Assembly (NCBI GenBank): GCA_038321985.1
Contig: JBBQFN010000012.1
Span: 83,148 to 147,147 of the forward strand
DNA: 64,000 bases
Origin: Cyanophyceae cyanobacterium
GTDB taxonomy: Bacteria; Cyanobacteriota; Cyanobacteriia; Cyanobacteriales; Laspinemataceae
Reading direction: 5' to 3'
Positions 63,558 through 64,000 of the stretch are shown here, piece by piece. Numbering within the stretch: the stretch's first letter is position 1; every line of letters begins with the position of its first letter. The position numbers and the translations under genes were made by a program. Under the pieces are notes generated by a model, which worked only from the letters and a program-made list of their open reading frames with translations, had not been told where the DNA came from and ran no database searches.

Positions 63558-63913
63558 CGTGTTAAAAGGGTGAAGGGTGGTAAAAGCGGCTCCATTCCAG
63601 CCAGGGACTGAAGCAGAGCGAGCCTATTCTACTCTAAGCCTTTGCCCTTTTATCTGTAACTGGAGGTACCCTCTAAAGATTAATTTAAATAATTATGGGC
63701 TTTACCACAGAGTCGCTTCCTGCAAAAAGACGCAAGAGACAGATCAACCCTGTCCCAAAGCCCAATACAATCAATAAAGCTGTCATTTTTGGGATTTGCC
63801 CGGGCCGCCGTCTAGTTTTGGCGGGGGTGCATCAATATCCCCAGGGCAGCCATAATGAAAAAAAACTCTCTTGTTAGAATTACAGCTTTCACTCACCCCC
63901 AGAGGAGTCAGTC

Positions 63914-64000
63914 GTGGCAAGTCACAAGATCCTAGTTATCGATGATAGTGCAGTGATCCGGCGCATGGTCAGAGATATGCTGCCTGCCGGTAACTTTGAA
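63914..64000 (+). CDS. Response regulator receiver protein (5' end only, runs off the window)
   Basis: GAGGAG RBS, then GTG start of MASHKILVIDDSAVIRRMVRDMLPAGNFE. Confidence 0.8.
   Translation, partial: MASHKILVIDDSAVIRRMVRDMLPAGNFE

Larger units (their letters stand above)
1..64000. repeat. HIP1 octamer (GCGATCGC) dispersed throughout the window
   Basis: Many GCGATCGC copies in coding and intergenic DNA, a hallmark of many cyanobacterial genomes. None seen between about 58.93 and 62.67 kb. Confidence 0.95.

Overview
This window comes from a cyanobacterial chromosome. HIP1 octamers (GCGATCGC) are frequent, and it carries ndhH, ycf39, an OCP C-terminal-domain homologue, pentapeptide and Uma2 proteins and GTAG-type REP palindromes. 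A filamentous Oscillatoriales host is likely, but that is an inference. Most of the window is housekeeping or metabolic: hupE/ureJ-cobW, adhE, rbgA, pgk, cysK, ndhH, rsmH, queG, hrcA, nadK, lipA, ABC transporters and a partner-switching module. Two separate DUF262 (ParB-like) three-gene operons stand out as accessory or defence loci. The first is a Menshen-like DUF262 / AAA-DUF3696 / putative nuclease operon at 7.5-10.8 kb. The second is a tightly coupled DUF262 / HEPN / C5-cytosine methyltransferase operon at 59.3-62.3 kb. It lies in a HIP1-free island beside an orphan 3' end of a cyclase paralogue and is the best candidate here for a little-described defence system. Other items worth checking are a MidA/NDUFAF7 methyltransferase directly downstream of ndhH, a MerR-type promoter before a small Met/Gln/His-rich secreted protein, candidate structured RNAs upstream of adhE and the CTDH gene, and an ABC transporter with an inverted permease gene and a 59-bp palindrome. 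No rRNA, tRNA, CRISPR array or intact transposase was recognised. All family assignments come from motif recognition by eye; no database search was run.
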